DNA from: a virus
IMG/VR virus record: IMGVR_UViG_3300005826_000294
Span: 122,330 to 186,329 of that record
DNA: 64,000 bases
Reading direction: 5' to 3' (one strand)
Of the stretch, positions 31,058 through 40,952 are shown piece after piece. A model generated the notes under the pieces. The model had not been told where the DNA came from. It did not search any database and was given only the letters and a program-made list of their open reading frames with translations. Both the position numbers and the translations under genes were made by a program. Position 1 is the first letter of the stretch, and each line of letters opens with the position of its first letter.

Positions 31058-33030
31058 AATGTATGAGTATGTCCTACAACATTTTGAACAATACCGTTTA
31101 TTATTATATGATTATGATTTTCTGAAACCAATGTTGCTGTTTTATAACTTAAAATATTTACATTCTCAGGAATAACAATCTGATGATTATGAGCAGGAAT
31201 ACCTGGAGCAGAAGATGTTGATGTAACTGCTGAACCAGGTCTCGGGCTTGCATCTCTTAAAATAGGAAATTGATAAATAATATCCGACACAGGGAAACGC
31301 TTCATTCTAAATTTTTGAGCCCCCGTTTGTGTAAAAAAAGCTCTCACCCTTGTTACATCCAAAATCTCATATCTAAACTCTTCAGTATTATCTGGATTAA
31401 ATCTTATTAAAATATCTCTATCTTTTATCGCCGGAAAAGCCATAGTCCAAGCCGAAGGTTCATATGCTGGCTCTAATCCTCCGCGATCTACAATGTTTGT
31501 ATCATCTGTTGAAGGATCAACTCTTACAAGAATTCTACGATCTGATCTTCGTGGATTAAAAAATTGAACATATCCCTGCGTAAAACCTACTCCTAAACAA
31601 GTAGGACATTTAGCATTTTGATGTTCTCTCCTCTGCATCACACAATGGCACCTAATTCCTGTCCACATTCTTCTAGCAAGAACAAATGGTTCTCCTGTAG
31701 ATTCTAATAAAAGTTCTTCTCGTTGAAACATATGAGTACTAACATCTGATTCTTTAACTAAATGTCTATTACCATCAGCATCAAATCTAACCTGAGCTCC
31801 ACCAAAATAACTTTTATTACATTGTCCTTTCATAAAACTACTAGGGGATTTTGCTCTATATGTTCCACAATAATCAAGTCTTGGAAAATCTCCAGAAGCA
31901 TCATTATTATCACCTGGAGTTGTAATATTATCAAATGGTTGTTGTCTTATTCTTAAATAACCATCATGAAAGGCATATCCATCATATCCATCTCTATACC
32001 CATCACTATATCCATCTAATAATACATTTGTTAAAGCATAATTCGGTTTTTGAAATGTAGGAACAGATTGAACTTTTTTTGTATTTCCATCTTCTTTTCC
32101 ACCATATAATCTTATTAATGATCCTAAACTATGATTTTCAGCATATGTTATATCAAAACCACGAGTTGCTACAACAAAACCACTAGGAGAATATTGTTTT
32201 GAAGAATATCTTATAAGTTCGTCTCCAATAAGCAATATTCCAAAATCTGGAAAACCTGATGTTGATACTGCTGGAACAAAAAGTGCTTGATCATTAATAT
32301 AACCATCTAATTGTGTTAATGGATAAGAATATAAATCTACCCCTACTTGATTTCTTCCAGTTATAGTTATATGGCTAGGATTAAATTCTGCTACTCTTAC
32401 TCCAAAGAAATATTGATCACCTGGTCTTAAACCCGCTATTGTTGCTTTATTATCGATAGACATAAAATCTGGATAACCGTCGAATACTAATTCTCTATCA
32501 GTAGAAACATAAATATTATAAAAAATTACATTATTTTCATTATTTGGATATGCTTCCAACCAATCAAGTTGAACCTCAGTCCCAATTCCTAAGTCTGTTG
32601 CTATTTCCAATCCCAAATTAGTTGGAGGAAAAAATGGCTTACTAGGATCACAAGCTCTAGATAATGATGTTGTAGAAATTTCTGGTGCAGAAGTAGAATA
32701 CCCTGATGTAAAAAATGAATAATCTAATTCTATTAAATCATCAAGATTATCTTTAACTTCAAGATGTATATTTATTTCAGAAGCTCTAGGAAAGAAACTA
32801 GGGGCTTTAGGATATATTCCAACAACATTTTTTCCTGTCCCAGACGCAATATTTCCAGAATATCCTCCAACAAATGCTCCATTTGATATTACAGAAACAC
32901 CTAATATGGTTACAGAAAGAGTGTTGATTTGTGCTGGATTAGCACCATCAAGAATAGTAAAACTAATTATGCTAGTCCTAGAAACACTCGTTTGATTAGA
33001 ACTTGGAATTAATTGTGTAAATTCCGCCAT
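31054..33030 (-). CDS. Putative head-closure/neck protein with N-terminal Ig/FN3-like domains and a Zn finger
   Basis: FN3-like VQLDW...YNIY...IAGLRPGDQYFFGVRV; C-terminal TGEPFVL...CHC...CPTCLGVGF...DRDILI...RYEI; 7 DGY motifs. Confidence 0.5.
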   Translation of the reverse strand: MAEFTQLIPSSNQTSVSRTSIISFTILDGANPAQINTLSVTILGVSVISNGAFVGGYSGNIASGTGKNVVGIYPKAPSFFPRASEINIHLEVKDNLDDLIELDYSFFTSGYSTSAPEISTTSLSRACDPSKPFFPPTNLGLEIATDLGIGTEVQLDWLEAYPNNENNVIFYNIYVSTDRELVFDGYPDFMSIDNKATIAGLRPGDQYFFGVRVAEFNPSHITITGRNQVGVDLYSYPLTQLDGYINDQALFVPAVSTSGFPDFGILLIGDELIRYSSKQYSPSGFVVATRGFDITYAENHSLGSLIRLYGGKEDGNTKKVQSVPTFQKPNYALTNVLLDGYSDGYRDGYDGYAFHDGYLRIRQQPFDNITTPGDNNDASGDFPRLDYCGTYRAKSPSSFMKGQCNKSYFGGAQVRFDADGNRHLVKESDVSTHMFQREELLLESTGEPFVLARRMWTGIRCHCVMQRREHQNAKCPTCLGVGFTQGYVQFFNPRRSDRRILVRVDPSTDDTNIVDRGGLEPAYEPSAWTMAFPAIKDRDILIRFNPDNTEEFRYEILDVTRVRAFFTQTGAQKFRMKRFPVSDIIYQFPILRDASPRPGSAVTSTSSAPGIPAHNHQIVIPENVNILSYKTATLVSENHNHIIINGIVQNVVGHTHTL

Positions 33031-33078
33031 TTATATATACATCCTATTATTTGGTATATTACTCTAAAAATATGAAAT

Positions 33079-33087
33079 TATTAATAG
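33079..33087 (-). promoter_or_regulatory. Variant of the candidate late promoter motif (CTATTAATA)
   Basis: One mismatch to CTATCAATA; intergenic, about 49 nt upstream of ATG 33030. Confidence 0.3.
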
Positions 33088-33089
33088 AA

Positions 33090-33578
33090 TCAAATGTCCT
33101 TAGTAAGTTCCTGAATATACTCTTTTCTTTTCTTACCTTTAACATCATGATGATCTAAAAGTTGTTCAAGATATAATTGGATTTTCTCGGGAGATTCATG
33201 ATCATCCATATATTCTATTTGAGCCTGAAAGGCTTCTTGTTCATTTTCATCATCCAAATATTTATCTTTATCTACTTTTCCTTTTACCATTCCAGCTTCT
33301 TGTTGAAAACAATGGGTCAGTTCGTGTATTACGTATCTCATAATATCTTCCCATTTTTCAGATTTTAATAAATTTTCGTTTAAAATTATAATACCATTAA
33401 TAGTTTTTGCTGATACATCTAATGGTTCAAATTTAATTTCAACAGAATCAACAAAGTCTATATCTTTATTATATTTTTTACATTTCTCTTTATATGGTTC
33501 TTCTTTCTTAACTTCCTTTTTAATTTTTTTTATTAATCCATCATATAGTTTAGAAAGACGAGTCAATGTAATCACCAT
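33090..33578 (-). CDS. Putative zincin metallopeptidase (HExxH)
   Basis: VIHELTHCFQ followed by ExEA (NEQEAF). Confidence 0.6.
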   Translation of the reverse strand: MVITLTRLSKLYDGLIKKIKKEVKKEEPYKEKCKKYNKDIDFVDSVEIKFEPLDVSAKTINGIIILNENLLKSEKWEDIMRYVIHELTHCFQQEAGMVKGKVDKDKYLDDENEQEAFQAQIEYMDDHESPEKIQLYLEQLLDHHDVKGKKRKEYIQELTKDI

Positions 33579-34479
33579 ATCCTATTTTTATTAAAAAACT
33601 ATCAAATCTATTATGTATTTTTCTATATTTATTTTCATTAAAATGGGATTCTAAGTCCTTAATAACAAACGCAAACCAATTTAATTTCTTAATTTTTCTG
33701 CGTTTATATTTATCTCTATAAAAAACTTTATTAAAAACATCTTTTCCAAATATTGGTTTAAAATGTCCAATTCCATCCCAACAAATAGCAATCTTTAATT
33801 CGGGAATTGTAATATCAATTTCATATGGAGGTATTAAATCATAATCGTGATGAATAATTTCAGCATTTAATCTTTTGTTTAATTGATTATAAAATGCTAT
33901 TTCTCTTTTTGATCCCAATCTCCCCGCTTCTTCCATCGCCTTCATAGATTTTATAGATCTTCTTATTTCAATTCTCTTTACTCTTTCATTATATTTTTCG
34001 CAAGAAAACTCTTTAAATATTTTTATTATTGATGAAGAGCATAATGAAAATTTTTCTGCTATTTCTTTAACAAATAAATTAGTATTAAAATAAGATAAAA
34101 TCTGCTTTTTGGTCTCTTTGCTTATTGAATTAGGACGATCTTTCATCCTGTTTGATCTATAAATTGAATTATTATGAAGATATTTTTTATAAATATTTTT
34201 ATCTAAACTAACATATTTTTGAATTGTTCTTTTCTTAATATTAAATTTTTTGCTTAATTCCGTTAAACATAATCCATTATTTACAGCATCATATATATCA
34301 TAAATGTTTTTATTATAAACAGAATTATTACTATTAATTACTCTATTCTTAACAACTTTTTCACCAAATACTTTAATCCAATAAGATTTAATTGTTCTTG
34401 GATCTAAATTATATTCTTTCTGTAATAATGTTAAGGGTTTAGTGGAATATATCTCTAAAAGTAGTTTATTTATATCCAT
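33550..34479 (-). CDS. HTH-repeat protein with C-terminal Vsr/DUF559-like endonuclease domain
   Basis: EIDITIPELKIAICWDGIGHFKPIFG...RDKYK; start moved to ATG 34479 (MDINKLL). Confidence 0.7.
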   Translation of the reverse strand: MDINKLLLEIYSTKPLTLLQKEYNLDPRTIKSYWIKVFGEKVVKNRVINSNNSVYNKNIYDIYDAVNNGLCLTELSKKFNIKKRTIQKYVSLDKNIYKKYLHNNSIYRSNRMKDRPNSISKETKKQILSYFNTNLFVKEIAEKFSLCSSSIIKIFKEFSCEKYNERVKRIEIRRSIKSMKAMEEAGRLGSKREIAFYNQLNKRLNAEIIHHDYDLIPPYEIDITIPELKIAICWDGIGHFKPIFGKDVFNKVFYRDKYKRRKIKKLNWFAFVIKDLESHFNENKYRKIHNRFDSFLIKIGYGDYIDSSF

Positions 34480-34648
34480 CCAACTCTTCTTTTTGTAATT
34501 CAGCAATAGCAAGTGCTTGGTTTAAATTTGCTATACTTTCTTTCGCCACTTCAATTGCGTGCTGTAATCCTGCTATTTCTACTTTTACTTGCTTTAATGT
34601 AGATGGTTCGTTTATTCCTAAATACGCAATATACTTTTTAACTAACAT
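34466..34648 (-). CDS. Small coiled-coil protein ending DGYK
   Basis: AAGGA RBS; heptad pattern; overlaps both neighbouring endonuclease ORFs. Confidence 0.5.
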   Translation of the reverse strand: MLVKKYIAYLGINEPSTLKQVKVEIAGLQHAIEVAKESIANLNQALAIAELQKEELDGYK

Positions 34649-35723
34649 TTTTAATCCTTAAAACATTAAAATCCTTATGTAAATTTTCAATTATCTTACT
34701 AACTGTTTTATTTACAATATACTTATCAACTTTTGAACAATCATCATCTATAATAATAACTTTCCATCCAATTTTACATAATCTTTCTATTTTATCATTA
34801 TCCCTTTCTTTAACTCTTTTTAATTTATTTTCACCAAAGATAGATTTCCTATGAAATGGTCCATCCCAAAAAATCGCTATTTTTTTTGATGGAATTGTAA
34901 TATCTATTTCATATGGTTCGCAAATATCTAAATCATGATGTTTTACATTAAAAGATTGTTTTAATAATTTGTAGCATAAATTCTCGGGCTCAGATCCAGA
35001 AATACCATTTTTTCCACATTTTATTAAAGATTTTCGAAGACCTTCCTTTCTAACCATTATTAGCCTTTCTTCTCTATCTTCTTTACTAAAATTCTGAGAA
35101 TAAAATTTTCTTACAGTTGCTTTTGATATATTACATTTAGAAGCAATTTCTTTTAAAGATGTTGAGGTAAAAAACATAATTCTAAGAGACTTCTTAATTT
35201 TCTTATCTATAACAGATAAATTCTTTATCTTTACATCTCTGTTTCTTTTAGAAGTTTTATTTTTACCATAAAACTCTATCCAATATTTATATGTAGTTTT
35301 ATTATTACAACCAACCAATTTTGAAACATCTTTAATTGTTAAATCAGAATTAAATAAAGTTTTGATTTTATTAATCTTTTCTTGAGATAAAACCCTTTTC
35401 CCATAATCTTTTATAGTTTTTGGTTTCCATCCAGCAATTTTTATATTTGGATTTCTTCTTCCATCTTTATATTGTTTTGAAGTATCATTACTTCTTATAG
35501 TATGTAAAAACTTTTTAAAATCTATATTTCTTTTTAATAATTTTCTAATATAAGCAGGAGAACAAAAAATATTATCTTGCTTTGATAATTGTATAACACC
35601 TTTATTAGTATTCAATATTAATTTATCTTGTTTTAGTCTAAATTCTTTATGTAATATATCTTTTTTATTCATAATATGTCTAGATATATTTGAACTAATA
35701 ATATTACAAACTGGACACTTCAT
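34638..35723 (-). CDS. C2H2/HTH protein with C-terminal Vsr/DUF559-like endonuclease domain
   Basis: MKCPVC...H...H; EIDITIPSKKIAIFWDGPFHRKSIFG...RDNDK...GWKVI. Confidence 0.7.
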   Translation of the reverse strand: MKCPVCNIISSNISRHIMNKKDILHKEFRLKQDKLILNTNKGVIQLSKQDNIFCSPAYIRKLLKRNIDFKKFLHTIRSNDTSKQYKDGRRNPNIKIAGWKPKTIKDYGKRVLSQEKINKIKTLFNSDLTIKDVSKLVGCNNKTTYKYWIEFYGKNKTSKRNRDVKIKNLSVIDKKIKKSLRIMFFTSTSLKEIASKCNISKATVRKFYSQNFSKEDREERLIMVRKEGLRKSLIKCGKNGISGSEPENLCYKLLKQSFNVKHHDLDICEPYEIDITIPSKKIAIFWDGPFHRKSIFGENKLKRVKERDNDKIERLCKIGWKVIIIDDDCSKVDKYIVNKTVSKIIENLHKDFNVLRIKNVS

Positions 35724-37072
35724 AGTTCTTTAAGAATATCATTTTCAACCATCATTGCTTTATTTATAATTGTTTGTTCCGATAGTAATATTGGATTATA
35801 AATATTATTTTTATCTCCGCTTTCCCATCTATAAATAATTTTATGTTTTTTTGATATTTTATTTAAACGATGTATTGTATGTAATAATAAATCTCCATAT
35901 TTTTCTTTGGAAACACGATTTATATCGTTTGGAGCATATATAGAAGGATTTCCATGCCAAAAATCCCCTAAATATTCATATACTATCCCTTCATATAAAG
36001 CATCAACAATATATTTACCTACTCTAATTTCACGATTTTTATTAGGTATTTTCAACTCATTAAGCCATTCAATACAAGATATGGATACAGATTTATTATT
36101 ACACATTGAACAACCAGTTCCATTAACTCGATTTTTAATATTAGCTTCCCATGAATGTCCTTTTTTACACTTCCACCAAACTTTCTTATGAGATTGAGGC
36201 AAATAAAGAGAAGGATCTAAATTTTTATCATAATCCCATTCTTTACATAAATCTGGATAATTAAATAATAAGTTATATTTACTATGAACAACTTTATTTT
36301 CACATATTAAACACTTATTTGTTCTTTTTACAAAAACACGAATTTTTAATTTATAACTATGACCTTTATCACACTTCCACCAAACTTTCTTTACAGAACT
36401 AGGCAAATAATTTTTAGGAGAATCGTTCTTATCATAATCCCAATGTTTACAAATATCTGGAAAAAGAACAGATAAATTATTCTCTTCCGTTGCTTTTTGC
36501 CCATCACAATAAGGACATCCATGTCCCGCTATCCGTGTCGCTGTTCGTGCTTTCCAAGTATGATTGTTTTTACAAATCCACCATAAATTTTTGTTAGTAA
36601 AAGGTCTATGTTTGCTTGGATCAAAGTTATTCTTTTCTTGGTTAAGTTCCTTACACAACTCTGGATATTTATATAATAAACTATCCTCTAATAATGTTTT
36701 TTTACTATTACAATAAGGACATCCATGGCCATTGGTTCGTGTATTTGGAGAAGCATCCCAGCTGTGTCCTTTATTACACTTCCACCATGTTTTTTTACAT
36801 GACCCAGATGTGTATTGATTAGGATCTAATTTATTTTTATCATAATCCCATTCTTCACATAAAATAGGATGTTTAACTAATAAGTTATTTTCTTTTGATG
36901 GTTTTTTGCCAGAACAATAGGGACAACCACTATGTTTAGATTTCCTATTATTTATAGAAGCCTCCCATGAATGATTGTTTTTACAAATCCACCACACTCT
37001 TTCTGCGGATTTATAGCCTTCTATAGAACCGTTTTTATCAAAATCCCATTCAGTATATAAATCTTTTATCAT
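35720..37072 (-). CDS. Endonuclease with treble-clef zinc-ribbon (DUF4379-like) repeats
   Basis: About five repeats of EWDYDKN...VWWxCxxGHSWxA...R..G.GCPYC; C-terminal YIVDAL...YEYLGDFWHGNP. Confidence 0.78.
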   Translation of the reverse strand: MIKDLYTEWDFDKNGSIEGYKSAERVWWICKNNHSWEASINNRKSKHSGCPYCSGKKPSKENNLLVKHPILCEEWDYDKNKLDPNQYTSGSCKKTWWKCNKGHSWDASPNTRTNGHGCPYCNSKKTLLEDSLLYKYPELCKELNQEKNNFDPSKHRPFTNKNLWWICKNNHTWKARTATRIAGHGCPYCDGQKATEENNLSVLFPDICKHWDYDKNDSPKNYLPSSVKKVWWKCDKGHSYKLKIRVFVKRTNKCLICENKVVHSKYNLLFNYPDLCKEWDYDKNLDPSLYLPQSHKKVWWKCKKGHSWEANIKNRVNGTGCSMCNNKSVSISCIEWLNELKIPNKNREIRVGKYIVDALYEGIVYEYLGDFWHGNPSIYAPNDINRVSKEKYGDLLLHTIHRLNKISKKHKIIYRWESGDKNNIYNPILLSEQTIINKAMMVENDILKEL

Positions 37073-38190
37073 TTTAATATTATAAACCTTTTTGATGGAT
37101 TTTGATAAAAATAGTTAATAATATCTATAAATCTATATTCATCTTCGTCTTTTATATTACCATTATCTTCTATTACTATATGACACCAATTCTTTTTATA
37201 TAAATTTCTTTTTCTAATTATATCATTTATAATGGTTTTTCTATATGCCTCTTCACCAAATATTGGAGATCTATGACATTTCCCATCCCAACAAATTGCG
37301 ATTTTCTTTGATGGAATACTTATATCTATTTCTAATGGAAATACAACTTCATAATCATGATGTATAACATTTCTTCTTCCAAATCTATTAGTTAATTTTC
37401 TATAAAATTTTCTTTCAGGCTTGGAACCAATAAATCTACAAAGTTTATAGGAAGATGCTGTTTTTCTTTGCTGAATTTGCTTCATTCTTATTTTTCTTTT
37501 TTTTAAATCTTCTTCTTTGAATATTTCGTTCCAAACTCTTTTAATACTTCCAGAAGATGTTTTACATATTTTACATATTTTTCTAATAGAAAGATCTGAC
37601 TTAAAATATTTAATAATTTTCTTATAACTATATGGATCTCTATTTTCTATTTTTTGTAAAGAAGAACTCTTTTTCTGTCGTTGTTTTGAAATTCTTTTTC
37701 CTCTATAATGAATATCTTCACTATTAAAGTTATATTTCATTATCCTTGATACTGTATTATATCCACATCCAACCTTTTTAGAGATTTCTGTAATTGTTAA
37801 ATCAGTATAAAAAAGATCTCTAACTTTATTTATGATATTTTCATTAACAATGAAATATCTATTGCCAGTGTTTGTTAAGTTTTTATTAGGTTTTCTTTTT
37901 TTTAATTCATATTGCCGTTTTAAAGATAAAGAATTCATTAATGATTTTCTTTCTTTATATCCTTCAATCATACTCCATTGCTTACATATATAACCAAAAC
38001 TTATTCTAAATCCATATTTAACACTTAATTTTTTTGATAAATCAACACATGAAATGTTTTTATTAAAATAACTAATTATATCTTTATTAATAATATCAAC
38101 AAAGTATTTATGATCTTTAACCTTAAAAATATGATTGCTTATTCCTTTAATTTGATATAACTTATTACAAACTGGACACTTCATCGTCAT
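37069..38190 (-). CDS. C2H2/HTH protein with C-terminal Vsr/DUF559-like endonuclease domain
   Basis: MKCPVC; EIDISIPSKKIAICWDGKCHRSPIFG; paralog of 33550 and 34638. Confidence 0.7.
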   Translation of the reverse strand: MTMKCPVCNKLYQIKGISNHIFKVKDHKYFVDIINKDIISYFNKNISCVDLSKKLSVKYGFRISFGYICKQWSMIEGYKERKSLMNSLSLKRQYELKKRKPNKNLTNTGNRYFIVNENIINKVRDLFYTDLTITEISKKVGCGYNTVSRIMKYNFNSEDIHYRGKRISKQRQKKSSSLQKIENRDPYSYKKIIKYFKSDLSIRKICKICKTSSGSIKRVWNEIFKEEDLKKRKIRMKQIQQRKTASSYKLCRFIGSKPERKFYRKLTNRFGRRNVIHHDYEVVFPLEIDISIPSKKIAICWDGKCHRSPIFGEEAYRKTIINDIIRKRNLYKKNWCHIVIEDNGNIKDEDEYRFIDIINYFYQNPSKRFIILK

Positions 38191-39075
38191 TTATATTATC
38201 CTTCTTTGTCTTAAATGTCGTAACCTCATATAATTTGGGGAAACAGCAAGTACTCGAAATCCGCCGAAACCTGTTGGTATCGGTTTTATACTGTTTTTAA
38301 TATACTTTAACATATCTGTATGTCTTTGAACGAAATGACTTAATTCATTATTTAAAGTAGCCGATAATGGGGGTGGGTTCATGGAGACACCATTATCTGT
38401 TAGTGTAAACTCTCTTCCTGCCTCAATTAACATTTGAGCGGCTGTAGCAAGAATAAAAGCACCCTCAACAATTATATGAGCAAATCTTTTATATATTACT
38501 TCCATATCAAAAGTAAAATCTGTAAAATGAGGTGTTTGATTAAATTCACTTAAACTACATTTAAGAAAATATACAAGTTCTTCATCTGTAAAAACAAAAC
38601 AATCAACAAAGGTTGTATTACCATATGCATCAAGACTTTCAACTTCCAGATTATTCTTTAATCTTGCTTTTAGGCAAGTTAATAAGCAGTTAATACCTTG
38701 AATTTCCTCATCACTAAGAACTATCCTACAAGGATCTCCAATTTTATCTCCAGCGACACCAATATCAGCATCTCTTTCAAGGACGATAAAGTTTAATCTC
38801 GCTTCCGTTGTAAAGCCATTTAGTGTTGCTCTCCAATGATCAACCCAAATACCTGTGGAGGAATTTTGTGGAACCATGAATGTTGTTCTATATCTACCAG
38901 AATCAATACGAGAAACATAAGCAGAAGAAAGGGAACGGACTACATTTCCTTGACTATCTATAATTTCAACTTCTGGAGATGAATCAGCATCGGCAACTTG
39001 ACCTGTTGCATCTCTTAAATCTATTTCTAACACAACGGTCTGTCCTTTTATAACTTGCCTACAAGTTGTAACCAT
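38191..39075 (-). CDS. Putative head-tail adaptor/neck protein with N-terminal Ig-like domain
   Basis: Ig-like N-terminus (LEIDLRDATG...GRYR...TGIWVDHW); helical adaptor-like FTDEELVYFL...LSEFNQTP...FTLTDNGVS. Confidence 0.5.
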   Translation of the reverse strand: MVTTCRQVIKGQTVVLEIDLRDATGQVADADSSPEVEIIDSQGNVVRSLSSAYVSRIDSGRYRTTFMVPQNSSTGIWVDHWRATLNGFTTEARLNFIVLERDADIGVAGDKIGDPCRIVLSDEEIQGINCLLTCLKARLKNNLEVESLDAYGNTTFVDCFVFTDEELVYFLKCSLSEFNQTPHFTDFTFDMEVIYKRFAHIIVEGAFILATAAQMLIEAGREFTLTDNGVSMNPPPLSATLNNELSHFVQRHTDMLKYIKNSIKPIPTGFGGFRVLAVSPNYMRLRHLRQRRII

Positions 39076-39988
39076 TGTTCCTCCTAAAATGCTCTATATA
39101 TAATAAAAACTCCTTTCTATCAAACTTATCACTTTTAGACATATTATCCTTTGCTTTCAACCATTGATGATTTTCTGGAGCAAAGGCAGCCTTTATGTGT
39201 ATTGGATCATTAAAATCAAATGCTGAGAGTGGGAAAATATGATCAATATGATATTCATCTATATTTTCTGGAAATGGTTTTAAATGATCAATAATATCAT
39301 TATATTTTATACTTTTATTCTTTATATTTCCAAATCTTGCTCTTAATTTAGTTTTAATTCTATAATTATTATCATTTTTATATCTTTCTTTTCTATAACA
39401 ATTTCTACATATTGTTCCGTTTTCTGTTTTCTTATATCCTTCTTTTATTTCACCACATTTACATTTATGTTTTGGAGCTTCATAACATTTTTCGCACAAA
39501 TTATTTTTCTTTATTCCTATATTTCCGCATTTACATAAAATAGTTTTTCTTTTATATTGTTTTCCATAACATTTTGAACATAATTTATTTGCTTCGATTG
39601 GTTTTATTTCTCCACATTTACATTTATATTTTGGAGCTTCATAACATTTTACACAAATAGGAAAACCATCTATATATGAATAAATTGGCATATGTTTAAA
39701 GCATTTAGAACATTCAATTATTTTTCCTTTATAACAAGAACGACATATCGGCCCTTCTTTTACTGCTATTTCTTTATTCTTTTTACATATACAACATATT
39801 TGTTTAGGAGACTTATAACATTTATTACATTTAGTTTTTGTAATCATTTTAGAGTAATTACCGCAATTAGGACATGTTTTTTTAATCCTACTATAACATT
39901 TTACACAAAAACCTTTTGCTTTATGTGGTTTTATATCACCACAGGATTTACATTTAATCACAGGCAATTTCAATTCTTGGAAAACCAT
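39059..39988 (-). CDS. HNH endonuclease with many CxxC repeats
   Basis: Numerous CxxC/CKC pairs; HIDHIFPLSAF...ENHQWL...DNMSK. Confidence 0.75.
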   Translation of the reverse strand: MVFQELKLPVIKCKSCGDIKPHKAKGFCVKCYSRIKKTCPNCGNYSKMITKTKCNKCYKSPKQICCICKKNKEIAVKEGPICRSCYKGKIIECSKCFKHMPIYSYIDGFPICVKCYEAPKYKCKCGEIKPIEANKLCSKCYGKQYKRKTILCKCGNIGIKKNNLCEKCYEAPKHKCKCGEIKEGYKKTENGTICRNCYRKERYKNDNNYRIKTKLRARFGNIKNKSIKYNDIIDHLKPFPENIDEYHIDHIFPLSAFDFNDPIHIKAAFAPENHQWLKAKDNMSKSDKFDRKEFLLYIEHFRRNNGYNL

Positions 39989-40277
39989 AAGGTCTTTCTA
40001 CAACAAATTCAGCAATATTTTCTATTGTATCGTTCCCATATTCTCCCTGCATTATTGCTGTATAATTTCCTATAATACTAAAAGATGTTTCCAACATATA
40101 TGTGCCCTTTTTAAGTCTAAACATAGGGCGAGGATAACCAACAAGGTCAGTCCCATTAGGTTGAACAACTCTTTCAATTCTTGGATTTGCTATCTCTACA
40201 GGCACTCCATTTACTACAACTTCCCACGCTATTCTTGCGATATTGGGAGTTGGTTGAAAAGGTCCAATTCCAGGCAT
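39954..40277 (-). CDS. Small beta-rich putative virion protein
   Basis: ORF in the structural operon, AGGAGG RBS; Ig-like strand pattern. Confidence 0.5.
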   Translation of the reverse strand: MPGIGPFQPTPNIARIAWEVVVNGVPVEIANPRIERVVQPNGTDLVGYPRPMFRLKKGTYMLETSFSIIGNYTAIMQGEYGNDTIENIAEFVVERPYGFPRIEIACD

Positions 40278-40555
40278 TATACTGGTGTCCTCCTATATGT
40301 TATAAAAAGTGGGCAACCGACTTCTGGAGGAAAAGGATCATCATCTATAAATGTAAATTCTAATGCTCCTGTCTCAAAAAAATCATTATTCTTTGTATAT
40401 GAAACTCCATTATAAATCACTATCAATGAATCAGGAATATATTCTTGAGTTGTATTAAATATAAGTTTATATCCGTCAATTTGATCAGTTATGTCCTCTT
40501 CAACATGTAAGTGATCTGGAGCAACTGTTCCATCAAATAAAGAAGAAATCGGCAT
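40277..40555 (-). CDS. Small putative virion protein
   Basis: IDGYKLIF...SLIVIYNGV...DFFE pattern common in phage fibre domains. Confidence 0.5.
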   Translation of the reverse strand: MPISSLFDGTVAPDHLHVEEDITDQIDGYKLIFNTTQEYIPDSLIVIYNGVSYTKNNDFFETGALEFTFIDDDPFPPEVGCPLFITYRRTPV

Positions 40556-40875
40556 TAAGCCTCCTTAGCTGTCTTTTTCTTTTTAGTTTTTGGTTTTTCA
40601 TCAACGATCAAAGGAGCTTCCATCTTTTCTTCTTCTACTACTTCTTCCTCAACTTTTTCTTCTTCTTCTCCATTTTCTTGTAATACTGCTTGTTCTCGTA
40701 AAGCATTCATTCTACCAACTATAACCTTAATCATTTGTTCAGCACATTGAGCATATCCTGTATAAAATGCTTTTTGATCTAAAGCTTTATCTCTCACAGG
40801 TTCTAGTTGTAATTGCAGTTCTTGTAATCCATCAGCCATATTTCTCATTACTGTTACTTTTTCTTTATCTACCAT
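40555..40875 (-). CDS. Hypothetical coiled-coil protein with acidic then basic tail
   Basis: ORF with AAGGGG RBS, after the terminator. Confidence 0.55.
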   Translation of the reverse strand: MVDKEKVTVMRNMADGLQELQLQLEPVRDKALDQKAFYTGYAQCAEQMIKVIVGRMNALREQAVLQENGEEEEKVEEEVVEEEKMEAPLIVDEKPKTKKKKTAKEA

Positions 40876-40895
40876 TTCTTTAAACCCCTTTAACG

Positions 40896-40928
40896 AAAAA
40901 AAGGGACGGCGACTTCTGCCGCCGCCCC
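40896..40928 (-). terminator. Strong intrinsic terminator
   Basis: Minus strand GGGGCGGCGGC-AGAA-GTCGCCGTCCC-TTTTTTT (11-bp stem with two G-U pairs), 25 nt after the stop of 40953..43115. Confidence 0.88.
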
Positions 40929-40952
40929 GATAGGCATTAACCTAAAATATTA

